Made by a program: the position numbers and the translations under genes
Assembly (NCBI GenBank): GCA_002499005.1
Contig: DAJU01000001.1
Location: 24,541-88,540, forward strand
Direction: 5' to 3'
From: Thaumarchaeota archaeon UBA164
GTDB lineage: Archaea > Thermoproteota > Nitrososphaeria > Conexivisphaerales > UBA164
DNA length: 64,000 bases
Notes under the pieces: model-generated
The model's input: the letters and a program-made list of their open reading frames with translations, nothing else
Told to the model about the DNA's origin: nothing
Database searches by the model: none
Shown: positions 53,970 through 63,653 of the stretch, in pieces
Layout of the letters: every line of letters begins with the position of its first letter
Position numbering within the stretch: position 1 is the first letter of the stretch

Positions 53970-56900
53970 TCAATCCTTCAGAAGCTTTACATAGATGCTA
54001 GAATCATCAAGCCTGTATTCCCTGTATCCATCCCCTTCAGGCTTTCCCTTTTTGAGCAGAACTTCCTTTGCGCGCACCAGAAACGACAGCTCAGTCTCCT
54101 TCCCCTTTATCATTGAGTACACTTCATCATCATCAACGTACACCTCTGCGGCTCTTATTATCTCAGTCGGAACAAGTCCTGCCTCCTTTCTTGCGTACTG
54201 AACCCTTCTTGCAACATCCCTCATGTGTCCCTCGGCTATAAGCCCCGTATCCCTTTCAAGGCCTATCGCAACTACTCTCCTTGAATCCCAGGCCACTTCA
54301 TAGCCATCGTTAGCCGTGAACGCAACTTCAAAGGCGTCAAACGGCACCCTCTGTCCCTCAACTTCAACGTATCCCTTTTCAAACAGCTGCCTTGCCATCT
54401 CCTCCCCGCTCATCCCTGTGAGAGCATTCATTATCCTGAGGCTTTCGCGCTTAAAGAGCTTGCCAACCTCCCCCTGTCTGGGCCTGACAGAGGCCACCGC
54501 CGGTATGTCCCGTATGTCACTTACCACCTTTACGCTTTTTGCGTTTCCAAGGCTCGCTATCAGCTCACCCAAGTCGCCTGAAAAGCGGGTATAAACTATT
54601 GCCTGATTTATGGGCCACCTTCTTTTAAGCCTGCCCTTCATCCTAGCCGCGTTTATAAGGGATACCACTTCCCAGGCCTCCTCATACTTTTGGTAAATCC
54701 CCTCGTCGATAAGGCTGGCTGGAACTTGAGGCAACGGCTCAAGCAGCACAGATGCCTTTTCACCAAAGTTCTCTTGGTAGAGGAGCTCTGTTATGTATGG
54801 AGTTATCGGATGCATTAGCACGTCAACGGCCTTCAATATGAACCCCAGCGTCCAGTATATTGTGCGCCTTCTTTTCATGAGCTCAGGGGAGTCGCTCCAC
54901 AGGTCCCTCCTTATCAGGGGGACGTATCTCTGGCTTACATCGTTTATTATAAAGCCCTCAAGGGTTCTTGCCATCTCATTTAGCTCCATCCTCTCATACT
55001 CGTTCAGGTAATCCTGTATCACGTGTGAAAGCCTACTGAGTATCCAGTACTCGCTCTCACCCAGGTCAGCCGGCACTTTAGGGCTCCAGGTGAAGCCGTC
55101 GTATCCTGCGTTTATGCTGTAATAAAGGTGAAGGTTGTAAAGCGTGTTTATGATCTGATAAGGCCTTCCAAGCATCTCGCCTGCGCTGAAGTTCAGGGGA
55201 TCTATTGGAGAGGCCTTCCATATCATGTAAAGCCTGACCAGGTCCGCCGGGTACTTTTCAAGCAGGTTTATGGCATAGACCACGTTTCCCTTGCTCTTGC
55301 TCATCTTCTCCCCTTTTTCGTCAAGGACATGCCCCAGAAACAGGAAGCCCCTATAGGGGGACCTGCCGCTGAACAGCACGCCCTCCATAAGAAGTGTGTA
55401 CGCCCAGCCCCTTGTCTGGTCTATGCCTTCGGTAAGAAACTCAGCCGGCACAAGCCTTTCGTATTCCTCATCGGTAAGCGATGCGTACGGAGCTGCTCCG
55501 CTGTTGTGCCACGTGTCAAGCACAAAGGGCTCCCTCTTTGCATCTCCCCCACAGTAAGGGCACCTTATTATTATTCTGTCTATCCAGGGCTTATGAAGCT
55601 CAAAATCAGGCCCATCGGGAAGGCGCTTGGCGTGTTTCACTATTTCATCCCTGCTGAACAGCGCTATCCTCCTTCCGCACTTGGTGCAAACCCATATTGG
55701 AAGCGGGGTTCCCCAGACTCTTTCCCTGCTTATGCACCATGGCTTCTTCTCCTTTATAATTTCAAGAAACCTGTTTCTTGGCTGAGGGAAATAATAGTTA
55801 ACCTTTGAAGCCTCTTCAAGCGCAAGGTCCCCTATTCCAGGAATGTCGTAAAAGTACTCACGCCTTGCCATAAAAACCAGCTTGTGCCCTGACCTCCAGC
55901 ATGTGGGATAAAGGTGCTTTATTCTGCCATACTTTACAAGCGTTCCCATGGCCTTCAGGTCCTGCGCTATAACATCGTCGGCGTCCCTTACGAACATACC
56001 CGCGTACTTTCCTGCCTTTTCCGTGAACTTCACCTCATCGTTTATTGGGTTAAATATTGGCAGCCCCCTTCTTTTCGCAACGTCAAAGTCCTCTTCGCCG
56101 TTTGCGGGGCTAAGGTGAACAATGCCTGTTCCCGTGGTGACGTCAACGAACTCCTCCGCCAGAACCATGTGCAACTTTCCTGACCTGAAGAGCTCGAGCT
56201 GCTCAGGCACCTGCGAACCAAGGGGCGGCTCATACCTCTTCCCTTCAAGCTCAGAGCCCTTAACCGACCCCAGAACTACATAATCCTTTATTCCGGCCTC
56301 TTTTAAAAAGCTGTTAAGCGCGGTTTTCCCGACTATCCATTTTTCCCCATTGACGTTTATCGTCAGGTACTCCTCATTTGGATTAACGCCAACCGCCTCA
56401 TCGGTCACAAGCGTAAACGGCATTGTGGTCCACACTATAAGGTACACGTCTTCATCAACAAGCTTGGCCTTGTAGTACAGGCTGGGGTCCACTTCCTCCT
56501 TATAGCCCTGTGCTACTTCGCTGTTGCTAAGGCTTGTCTGGCAGCTGGGGCAGTAGGCAACAACCCGATAATCTTCATATAGAAGCCCCTTCTCATAGGC
56601 TCTCTTCATTATCCGCCACTCCCTTTCTATATAGCCGTCCTTGTACGTCCAGTAGGCTTTTTCATAGTCAAACATCATGCCCAGCAGCCTGTCAGCCTTC
56701 AGCCAAACTTCGTTGTATCTGTGGACAAGCTCCTTGCACTTTTCCACAAGCCTTTCCTCGCCTATCTTTGATAGCACCTGCGCTTTGTTCCCTGTTATCC
56801 CCAGCTCTTTTTCAGCTTCAAGCTCAACCGGGAGCCCCTGCGTATCCCATCCAGCCCTGAAGACAACCTTTTTCCCTTTTATCGTTTCAACTCTGTAAAA

Positions 56901-57086
56901 AAGATCCTTTACGATCCTGCCCCTCAGATGCCCAAGATGTGGCTCGCCGTTCATGGTTGGCGGGCCCTCTATGAACCCTATGGTCTCCCTTTCTGATGAT
57001 CCTATCTCCTTCTTTGCCTTTTCCCAGGCTTCCCACGCGCTTTCCTGAACCGCCCTAAAGTCCTTAAGCAGGTCGAACTCTTTCAT
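53970..57086 (-). CDS. ileS: isoleucine--tRNA ligase
   Basis: Contains the class I HIGH-type motif PHLGHLRG, KMSKS, the CP1 editing insertion and zinc motifs (CPSC, CTKCG, CPYCGG). 1038 aa. Confidence 0.96.
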   Translation of the reverse strand: MKEFDLLKDFRAVQESAWEAWEKAKKEIGSSERETIGFIEGPPTMNGEPHLGHLRGRIVKDLFYRVETIKGKKVVFRAGWDTQGLPVELEAEKELGITGNKAQVLSKIGEERLVEKCKELVHRYNEVWLKADRLLGMMFDYEKAYWTYKDGYIEREWRIMKRAYEKGLLYEDYRVVAYCPSCQTSLSNSEVAQGYKEEVDPSLYYKAKLVDEDVYLIVWTTMPFTLVTDEAVGVNPNEEYLTINVNGEKWIVGKTALNSFLKEAGIKDYVVLGSVKGSELEGKRYEPPLGSQVPEQLELFRSGKLHMVLAEEFVDVTTGTGIVHLSPANGEEDFDVAKRRGLPIFNPINDEVKFTEKAGKYAGMFVRDADDVIAQDLKAMGTLVKYGRIKHLYPTCWRSGHKLVFMARREYFYDIPGIGDLALEEASKVNYYFPQPRNRFLEIIKEKKPWCISRERVWGTPLPIWVCTKCGRRIALFSRDEIVKHAKRLPDGPDFELHKPWIDRIIIRCPYCGGDAKREPFVLDTWHNSGAAPYASLTDEEYERLVPAEFLTEGIDQTRGWAYTLLMEGVLFSGRSPYRGFLFLGHVLDEKGEKMSKSKGNVVYAINLLEKYPADLVRLYMIWKASPIDPLNFSAGEMLGRPYQIINTLYNLHLYYSINAGYDGFTWSPKVPADLGESEYWILSRLSHVIQDYLNEYERMELNEMARTLEGFIINDVSQRYVPLIRRDLWSDSPELMKRRRTIYWTLGFILKAVDVLMHPITPYITELLYQENFGEKASVLLEPLPQVPASLIDEGIYQKYEEAWEVVSLINAARMKGRLKRRWPINQAIVYTRFSGDLGELIASLGNAKSVKVVSDIRDIPAVASVRPRQGEVGKLFKRESLRIMNALTGMSGEEMARQLFEKGYVEVEGQRVPFDAFEVAFTANDGYEVAWDSRRVVAIGLERDTGLIAEGHMRDVARRVQYARKEAGLVPTEIIRAAEVYVDDDEVYSMIKGKETELSFLVRAKEVLLKKGKPEGDGYREYRLDDSSIYVKLLKD

Positions 57087-57146
57087 CTATACCCTATCCT
57101 AACCCGCGCTGTTCCTTAAAACCGTTTCTGGACGAGCAACCTGCGG

Positions 57147-57587
57147 TCAGCGCTGGGCGCGAGCCCACAAAAGCGCAAGCACGCCTCCCGCAAACATAAG
57201 CGCTGAACCTATGAAGAATCCAAAGAACGTTGGAAAGGCAAATGCGGAAGCAGCAATTAGCAGCATGCCTCCAGCGGCAGCGGCGTCTCTTTTGCCGCTT
57301 TTAACTAGCGCTATTCCTGTTATGCCCAGGGCTATTATGGCCAGGCCTGCAGCCAAAAACGGCGTTGACCAGAAAAATATGAAAGGCCCAACAATTTTGC
57401 TTCTTCCAGGTCCAATTGCTGAAGTTAAAAACAGAATAGCCTCAGCTAAAAGCCCAATTGTCTGAAATACAACGCCAAACGCGGAGATTGTTAACGAGAC
57501 CCCGAAGACCCTGCCCTTTTCCACAGAAGGCATTTGTGTATGCTCAAGATAACTTTTTTTGCTGCGGACGCATGCCCTGGCTTTCAT
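57147..57587 (-). CDS. small membrane protein of unknown function
   Basis: Four hydrophobic segments. The true start may be the internal Met (MPSVEKG). Confidence 0.5.
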   Translation of the reverse strand: MKARACVRSKKSYLEHTQMPSVEKGRVFGVSLTISAFGVVFQTIGLLAEAILFLTSAIGPGRSKIVGPFIFFWSTPFLAAGLAIIALGITGIALVKSGKRDAAAAGGMLLIAASAFAFPTFFGFFIGSALMFAGGVLALLWARAQR

Positions 57588-57944
57588 CAGGAACTCGCCA
57601 TGATCGTTAATTTTTGGGCAAGCGTTATTTCTTTTTTACAAAAAATAATCATGTAGATCTTGACAACGCTCCAGACGTTATATGAGGTTAAGTATGCGGA
57701 GGCTTTGATTACAAAACGACAAAAGAGGACTTTCAAAGGCCTGCCTGCAGGTTCAACTGTTAACCTTAAGCTCGAGCTCTGCGGCTAAGCAACAAAAGGC
57801 AGGCCTTATGAGCTTAAATATAAAGGCGCGGCTTTATTCATCTCCTGTCCAACTTGCAGAAAGGTTTTCAGCGAGGAGTACATGAGCCGAATCATCCCCT
57901 TGAATTATAAATGAGATACTGCATGAACGCGGCCTGGGCGCACG

Positions 57945-60152
57945 CTAGCCCCTTATAAATGACCAGAGCGAAACCACCACGCTGTTCATAGACATGGCCA
58001 GCGCCGCGTACTGCGGCATCAGAATAAACGAGGGATAAAGAACGCCGCCCGCAAGCGCCAGGAAAACCGCGTTATATCCAAACGCCCAGGCTATGTTCTC
58101 CTTTATTCTTCCTTCAAGCGTCTTTGACTCGTTAATTACTGTCCTCAGGGCATCTGGCACATTTATCACTATATCTCCTGCCTGCTTTGTCAGCTCTGCG
58201 CCCGATGAAAGGGAAACGCCTACAAACGCCTCCTTTATTGCAAGCGCGTCGTTAACCCCGTCCCCCACGAACATGCACTTTTCAGTCTCTCTTACAAGCT
58301 TTGCCTTTTCATGCGGATCAAGGCCCTTGATCACCTTAACCCCAAGCTCACGTCCCACTTCATCGCTAAACTGGCTTGGGTCGCCTGTAGCTATAATCAC
58401 TTCATAATCCTTCTTAAACCATTCTATGAGCTCCCTTGCGCCCTCCCTTACTTTGTCCTGAATTATAAACGAAGCTACTGGGACGCCATCAACCAGCGCA
58501 ATTACGTCGCCTTCTGGAAGAGATTTGCAATTTTTAGCAGCGAGATCCCTGGTTCCAACTATAACAACATGCCCCTCGGAAATCCCATATACGCCCTCAC
58601 CAGGCAGCTCGTAAAACTCAGAGACCTGCGGCGTTTTATCAGAAGGCATGGCATTAACGATGGCCCTGGCTACAGGGTGCGGGCTCATAGACTCCACGGC
58701 CTTTACATGTTTTAAAAGGCCAGCATCGCCTAGGAAAACAGGCCTGGCTACAAGCTCTCCTGTTGTTAAAGTGCCCGTTTTGTCAAAAATTATCGTCTTT
58801 ACATCCTTTACCTTTTCCAGCGCATCGCCTTTCCTTACGACTATCCCCTTTATTGCAAGCCTTTTAACCTTTACAAGAACGGCTATGGGGGTAGCTAGGC
58901 CAAGGGCGCATGGGCAGGCTGCAGCTAGAACTGAAATTGCAAACAGAATGGCAATGCCAACGCCAAGCCTGGCCCAGTACGCAAATGCAACCAAGGCAAT
59001 TAAAATTACAGCCGGCGTGAAATATGAAGCCGCTCGGTCAGCAAGCCTCTGCATTCCGTACGGCGACACCGTCATTTCGCTTACCTCCCTTGCTATTTGG
59101 GAAAAATAGGTGTCTTCTCCAGCTCGTGTGACGTGCACCTTTATAAATCCTGAGATCAGCGTTGAGCCCGCAACAACAGGATCAGAGGCAGCCTTTCTGA
59201 CAGGCCTTGACTCTCCTGTTAAAATTGATTCATCGACTTCCCCAGATCCATCTATTACGACTCCATCTGCGGGGACCACCTCGCCGGCCTTTACGACGAT
59301 TGCCTGTCCTGGGACAAGGCTCCATGAGTCAACTACCGCTCCATCTTCAAGCCTTGCGGTCCATCTTGGTGCCTTGAAAGCGGAGATCTTGCCCCTGAGA
59401 TATGCCTCAATTACCTTTCCAAGCAGGACGAACGTGATCAGAAGGGACGCCGCGTCAAAGAAAACTGTACCTCCTGTAAACACGCCATAAACGCTGTACG
59501 CCCATGCAGTTCCCGCAGAAAGAGAGACCAGCACATCCATGTTTGTTGTTCTGTTCTTCAGGGCCATGAAGGCGCCCCTGTAGTACCTGAGGCCAGAATA
59601 AAACTGAATTGGCATCGAAAGGAGAAACGCCAGAACTGGTCGTCCAGAGTATTGAAAGAAAAGCACAAACGGGACAAACGCAATTGCAGTTACAAGTGAA
59701 AGCACAAGCGACCTGAACTCAGCCTCAGCCGGGCTTCTGTTAATGCCTTCCATCAGCTTTACATCAAAGCCGCTTTTTCTCAGCCTATCAACTAGCCCAT
59801 CAGGATCGCTTAGCGAATTGACCTTTACCCTTGCAATCCTGGACGCTGGATTGTAGCTGTAATAAAACACATCAGGGTCTTCTGAAAGCGCATTCTCAAG
59901 CCTTCGTCCTTCGTCAGGTTCTATGTTAACTGAAATTATGACCTCCTTTGTGTCAACGTCATATCCTGCCTTCCTTACCGCAAGGTAAATAGCAGATGGT
60001 CTGATCTTCCCGTAAGCTTCAGCGTTGCCCGTGGCTAGGTCAACTGACGCTTGGCTGGCCCCTGCGGCGCTTAACGCCTTTGAAACAGTAGACACGCAGG
60101 TGGCACAATGCATCCCAACTACTCTGAACTTGACCTTCTTCTCCTCGCTCAT
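57945..60152 (-). CDS. copA: copper-translocating P1B-type ATPase
   Basis: Contains an N-terminal HMA domain (GMHCATCV), the TM CPC motif (AACPCALGLATP), DKTGTLT and GDGVNDA. 735 aa. Confidence 0.95.
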   Translation of the reverse strand: MSEEKKVKFRVVGMHCATCVSTVSKALSAAGASQASVDLATGNAEAYGKIRPSAIYLAVRKAGYDVDTKEVIISVNIEPDEGRRLENALSEDPDVFYYSYNPASRIARVKVNSLSDPDGLVDRLRKSGFDVKLMEGINRSPAEAEFRSLVLSLVTAIAFVPFVLFFQYSGRPVLAFLLSMPIQFYSGLRYYRGAFMALKNRTTNMDVLVSLSAGTAWAYSVYGVFTGGTVFFDAASLLITFVLLGKVIEAYLRGKISAFKAPRWTARLEDGAVVDSWSLVPGQAIVVKAGEVVPADGVVIDGSGEVDESILTGESRPVRKAASDPVVAGSTLISGFIKVHVTRAGEDTYFSQIAREVSEMTVSPYGMQRLADRAASYFTPAVILIALVAFAYWARLGVGIAILFAISVLAAACPCALGLATPIAVLVKVKRLAIKGIVVRKGDALEKVKDVKTIIFDKTGTLTTGELVARPVFLGDAGLLKHVKAVESMSPHPVARAIVNAMPSDKTPQVSEFYELPGEGVYGISEGHVVIVGTRDLAAKNCKSLPEGDVIALVDGVPVASFIIQDKVREGARELIEWFKKDYEVIIATGDPSQFSDEVGRELGVKVIKGLDPHEKAKLVRETEKCMFVGDGVNDALAIKEAFVGVSLSSGAELTKQAGDIVINVPDALRTVINESKTLEGRIKENIAWAFGYNAVFLALAGGVLYPSFILMPQYAALAMSMNSVVVSLWSFIRG

Positions 60153-60316
60153 TTGTGCGGCATCCCCTTTGGCCCGCCCTTCAGGTAGGCCTCAGGGTCC
60201 CTCTCAAACTCCTCCTTGCACTCCCTTGAGCAAAAGAAGTAAATCCTTCCCTTATAAATGGCCCTGTGTTCGCTTCTTTCGTCAACCTCCATTCCACATA
60301 CAGGATCCACTTTCAT
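60149..60316 (-). CDS. 55-aa YHS/TRASH-domain metal-binding protein, translationally coupled to copA
   Basis: Hand translation gives MKVDPVCGMEVDERSEHRAIYKGRIYFFCSRECKEEFERDPEAYLKGGPKGMPHK. The DPVCGM.V...Y.G..YFFCS..C...F..dP..Y pattern is the YHS/TRASH signature. The TGA overlaps the copA ATG (ATGA). It is below the length cut-off of the ORF track. Confidence 0.85.
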   Translation of the reverse strand: MKVDPVCGMEVDERSEHRAIYKGRIYFFCSRECKEEFERDPEAYLKGGPKGMPHK

Positions 60317-60430
60317 GAATAAGGTATGGGCTAACAGAAGGATAAATGGTTCTGTTTACATTTGTTAACCATTTATTATAAGAAAAACTAAAGGTAAACG
60401 GTTAATAATCTCTGGGCTAAAAACAAACAT

Positions 60431-60967
60431 GTGAGCACTGAGGAGGTTCAGAGGCTGGCTGAGCTCAGGTCGCAGATAGAGGAAAAGCTGGAAAGCCTCA
60501 GGGCTGAGGAGAAGCTTTACATGGACATTCTGTCGGTAATAGACAGCATACTGAAGAAGGAAAGCTTTGTAAAGGCGGTTCAGATGCCAACGGAAGGGCA
60601 AAAGGAGGAAGCCGCAGAGGTAAGGCAGCTTAAGAGGCCAAAGGACGGCGCGTTGCTGGGAACAGTAAAGATCACAAAGGATCAGGCAATAATAATGCCC
60701 TCCCCTGAGCTGAACCTCAAGGCTGACGTGGCTCCCTTTAGAAGCTTTTTTATAAACAAGATACTTGAGGGCTATAAGGCGCAAGACAAGGAGGATGTTG
60801 AGGGCGGGAAGCTTGACAAAGAGCAGGCCTTCAGCTATGACGTTGAAATAAAGGACGGCGTGATCCAGCGGATAATTATAAACAACTACAGGACACCCGC
60901 AAGGCTTAACGAGATAATAAACACCGCTTCATGGACATTTGCAAAAATGCTGGAAAAATCATCTTAA
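60431..60967 (+). CDS. hypothetical protein with an N-terminal coiled coil
   Basis: 178 aa with a GTG start. I recognised no family. Confidence 0.45.
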   Translation: MSTEEVQRLAELRSQIEEKLESLRAEEKLYMDILSVIDSILKKESFVKAVQMPTEGQKEEAAEVRQLKRPKDGALLGTVKITKDQAIIMPSPELNLKADVAPFRSFFINKILEGYKAQDKEDVEGGKLDKEQAFSYDVEIKDGVIQRIIINNYRTPARLNEIINTASWTFAKMLEKSS

Positions 60968-61031
60968 GGCAGCTTACATTTGTTGCATCTCAAATTAAAC
61001 TTTTAAACACCCACATGCTATCCAGCGTGGA

Positions 61032-61901
61032 TTGGACCTGCTGTATATGGCAATAGGGGAACTGCTCATAATAATATTCGTAAGCGCCATATCAGGGATG
61101 CTGGGCTCGCTTACAGGCCTTGGCGGCGCCACTTTCCTTGTGCCCATTTACACGCTTTACCTTCGAATACCTATTCAGTACGCTTCGGGAGCAAGCCTGA
61201 TATCCACAATAGCTACTTCAAGCGGGGCTGGAAGCGCTTACATAAAGGACAGGATAACTAACATAAGAATAGGCATGGGCCTCGAGATAGCTACTACCGC
61301 GGGTTCAATAGCTGGGGCTCTTTCAGTGGTTTATATATTTACGCACCACCTGCAGTACATCGTCTTCCTTGTATTTGGCGCAGTTCTGCTTTCACAGGTA
61401 TACGTGCAGCTCACCAGGTCAAGGTTTGAGCTTCCAAAGCCCCTGAAGCCCGACTGGACAACAAGGGTCTTCAGGCTTGATGGCTCATATTATGACCATG
61501 CGCTAAAGCTTGAGGTCAGATACTACGGGATAAGGTGGTGGCTTGGCGAATCAATAATGTTCTTTGCAGGCTACATAAGCGGCCTGCTGGGGATAGGCAG
61601 CGGGGCCCTTAAGGTCCTTGCAATGGACTGGGCAATGAACCTGCCAATGAAGGTCAGCACGACGACGAGCAACTTCATGATAGGGGTTACAGCCGCAACT
61701 GGCAGCTCCATATACTGGATGTTCGGATATATTCAGCCGTTCTTGGCAGCAGGCACCGCAATAGGCGTCCTTATAGGGTCGTACATAGGCACAAAGGTGC
61801 TCGTCAGGATAACAAACAAAACGATCCGTCATGTATTTACAGCGATACTTGTAATACTGGGGGTTCAGATGATCCTGAGGGGGCTGGGCTATGCAATTTG
61901 A
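61032..61901 (+). CDS. TauE/SafE (DUF81) family anion exporter
   Basis: A polytopic protein with two G-rich repeats (GSLTGLGGATFLVP and GLLGIGSGALKV). 289 aa. Confidence 0.75.
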   Translation: MDLLYMAIGELLIIIFVSAISGMLGSLTGLGGATFLVPIYTLYLRIPIQYASGASLISTIATSSGAGSAYIKDRITNIRIGMGLEIATTAGSIAGALSVVYIFTHHLQYIVFLVFGAVLLSQVYVQLTRSRFELPKPLKPDWTTRVFRLDGSYYDHALKLEVRYYGIRWWLGESIMFFAGYISGLLGIGSGALKVLAMDWAMNLPMKVSTTTSNFMIGVTAATGSSIYWMFGYIQPFLAAGTAIGVLIGSYIGTKVLVRITNKTIRHVFTAILVILGVQMILRGLGYAI

Positions 61902-62265
61902 AGACGTGATAGGCTATACTTTAAGGGCCGGCGTGCTTATAAGCGCGGTGCTGCTAATAGCAGGGATAGCGTTGCTAATAGCGCAGGGGCGCACCGAAGT
62001 TGTTCAGGCCCTGGTTTCCCCACACTCGTTGATCAATTCATCTACTATAAGCTTTGGCAAAATAACTGCGGGTTTGAGCTCTTTTAATGGCCTTGACCTG
62101 ATATACCTTGGCCTTATAGTGCTTATAGCAACGCCTGTCTCAAGGGTGGTGCTGGGAATTGCCCAATTTGCAAGGGAGAAGGATGTCCTTTACACCGTAA
62201 TAACCATAATAGTCCTCTTTAATCTGATGTTCGCGATATTTATCTTGCCATATATAATTCGTTAA
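61891..62265 (+). CDS. DUF1634-like small membrane protein (usual partner of DUF81 transporters)
   Basis: 124 aa with 3-4 TM segments. It overlaps the end of the upstream DUF81 gene by 11 nt. Confidence 0.6.
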   Translation: MQFEDVIGYTLRAGVLISAVLLIAGIALLIAQGRTEVVQALVSPHSLINSSTISFGKITAGLSSFNGLDLIYLGLIVLIATPVSRVVLGIAQFAREKDVLYTVITIIVLFNLMFAIFILPYIIR

Positions 62266-62363
62266 AATAAATTTTATACATGTTTATCATTGAAACAGTC
62301 AGCTGCAAAGCAGCCAGCTTTAGTGTTTTGCCATAAGTCAGCCTTATATATTATATATGATAT

Positions 62364-62975
62364 ATGATTCACAGGTTGAGCCAAGGCCTTAACAGCATAA
62401 AAGAAAGGGCTGAGGTCATAGATAAGCTAAGAGTTTTGTTTTCAATAGGGGAAGCCGGCAGGATAGGCAGGAAAGCGCTGGCTCTTAAGCTCGGAGTTGG
62501 TGAGGGATATCTCCGGAAGCTCCTTGATGAGCTTGAAAGCCTTGGGCTCATAAGCAGGGACAGGGAGGGCGCATCGCTTCTTGATAAAGGGGAAGCCCTT
62601 TTGGGCAAGGCAAGATCCGCGCTCAGGGTTTACCGGGGGGTAAGCGTTGAAGGGTATACCGGCTCGGCTGTAGTCGTTTCAGGCCTAGAGAAGCACATAA
62701 CGAACGGCCTTGACGAACGAGATGAGGCGGTCAGGTTTGGCGCGCGGGGAGCCATGGTCATGGTAGTTAAGGCTGGGGAGCTTTGGTTTCCCATGGTCTC
62801 AAACATATCGCGGGAGCATCCCGAGTTTTCACAAAAAATAATGAGCGCCTTTGGGCTAAGCGACGGCGACGTGATGATATTTGCCTGGGATGGGGGCCCT
62901 GACAGCGAAAGGGCCGCCATTGCCGCGGCGCTCCTTGTATTAAGGAAGGCTGGCCTGGACATTCTGGCCATCTAA
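62364..62975 (+). CDS. wHTH transcription regulator with an uncharacterised C-terminal domain (DUF4443-like)
   Basis: The N-terminal GRIGRKALALKLGVGEGYLRKLLDELESLGLISR is a wHTH. 203 aa. Confidence 0.5.
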   Translation: MIHRLSQGLNSIKERAEVIDKLRVLFSIGEAGRIGRKALALKLGVGEGYLRKLLDELESLGLISRDREGASLLDKGEALLGKARSALRVYRGVSVEGYTGSAVVVSGLEKHITNGLDERDEAVRFGARGAMVMVVKAGELWFPMVSNISREHPEFSQKIMSAFGLSDGDVMIFAWDGGPDSERAAIAAALLVLRKAGLDILAI

Positions 62976-62991
62976 GGAAACGTTTAATTTT

Positions 62992-63339
62992 ATGCGCCTT
63001 GAAAACACCTGCATGGAAAAGGTGAGCTTTGACGAGTTCAAGAAGCTGGACCTAAGGGTAGGGATAGTCAAGGAGGCTACGCCAATAGAGGGATCAAGGA
63101 AGCTCCTGAGAGTTCTGGTGGATCTTGGCGGCGAGGTTAAACAGGCAATAGCGGGGATAAGCAAGTATTATTCGCCAGAACAGCTCGCAGGGAAGAGGGT
63201 TATAGTGGTTACCAACCTCCAGCCAAAGGTTATAATGGGACAAACTTCAGAGGTAATGCTTCTTGCGGCCTTTAACGAGGCCGATCTGTCGCTTCTGACA
63301 ACTGACAAGCCAATGCCTCCAGGCACTCCAATTTCATGA
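62992..63339 (+). CDS. tRNA-binding domain protein (CsaA/Trbp111/MetRS-C-like)
   Basis: FKKLDLRVGIVKEA...GGEVKQAIAGI...GKRVIVVTNLQPKVIMGQTSEVMLLAA is the OB-type tRNA-binding pattern. Confidence 0.85.
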   Translation: MRLENTCMEKVSFDEFKKLDLRVGIVKEATPIEGSRKLLRVLVDLGGEVKQAIAGISKYYSPEQLAGKRVIVVTNLQPKVIMGQTSEVMLLAAFNEADLSLLTTDKPMPPGTPIS

Positions 63340-63644
63340 TCAACGCGCTGGATCTGGCCTTGGCTTACGGCGCAGCAGAAGGCTTCAATAAAAACAGGTC
63401 AAGAAGAGCTGTAATGCGTCATGCCTTCCTTTTCATGAAAAACGGCATAAGGCTCGCAGCCTGCAATGCGAAGATGCACGGCAAGCCCAGCAGAGGCGGC
63501 TATAATAAACCCAGAGTCAGCTATATTGTGACAAATACCACAGCGAACTGCAGCATGGATAGATGCGGGTTCCATAAGCCACAGGTAAATGAAGTGAGAA
63601 CGAGGCAAATAATGGTTTATATTGGAAGTGTGCATCAAGCTTAG
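63336..63644 (+). CDS. hypothetical basic, Cys-containing 102-aa ORF upstream of the radical-SAM gene (coding status uncertain)
   Basis: The ATG overlaps the upstream stop (ATGA). I recognised no family. A minus-strand ORF (63399..63638) covers the same region, so this could instead be non-coding. Confidence 0.3.
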   Translation: MINALDLALAYGAAEGFNKNRSRRAVMRHAFLFMKNGIRLAACNAKMHGKPSRGGYNKPRVSYIVTNTTANCSMDRCGFHKPQVNEVRTRQIMVYIGSVHQA

Positions 63645-63653
63645 CGGGTCAAA

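Noticed and set aside
55128-55808. Long antisense ORFs inside large genes. Examples are the 226-aa ORF inside ileS, 23485..23973 inside ecfA, 35931..36401 inside hef, 16170..16640 opposite the kdp-leading gene, and 58648..59109 inside copA.
   Set aside because: In each case the opposite strand carries a full-length protein with strong motifs. The antisense products are low in complexity (Ser/Pro/Leu/Arg-rich) and match no family.
57744-57779. A polylinker-like run of restriction-type palindromes: CCTGCAGG (57744), then three abutting hexamers GTTAAC-CTTAAG-CTCGAG (57759..57776), overlapped by GAGCTC.
   Set aside because: It looked like a synthetic multiple cloning site. The chance of three abutting palindromic hexamers is (1/64)^3 per position, or about 0.24 expected occurrences in 64 kb. 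Nothing else nearby looks vector-derived. I treat it as coincidence.
57736-57807. A perfect 11-bp inverted repeat, aaggcctgcct / aggcaggcctt, with a 50-nt spacer in the 357-bp gap between copA and a small membrane-protein gene.
   Set aside because: Roughly one such repeat (11 bp, spacer up to 60 nt) is expected by chance in a window this size. I found no small ORF or known RNA motif in the gap. The gap is most simply the promoter region of 57147..57587 plus the copA 3' UTR.
63642-63644. An in-frame TAG between ORF 63336..63644 and the radical-SAM ORF, considered as a possible pyrrolysine or read-through site.
   Set aside because: No Pyl-related genes are visible in the window. The radical-SAM family typically starts only a few residues before the CxxxCxxC cluster, so a separate TTG start at 63654 is the simpler explanation. 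The issue is kept as a caveat in the corresponding finding.
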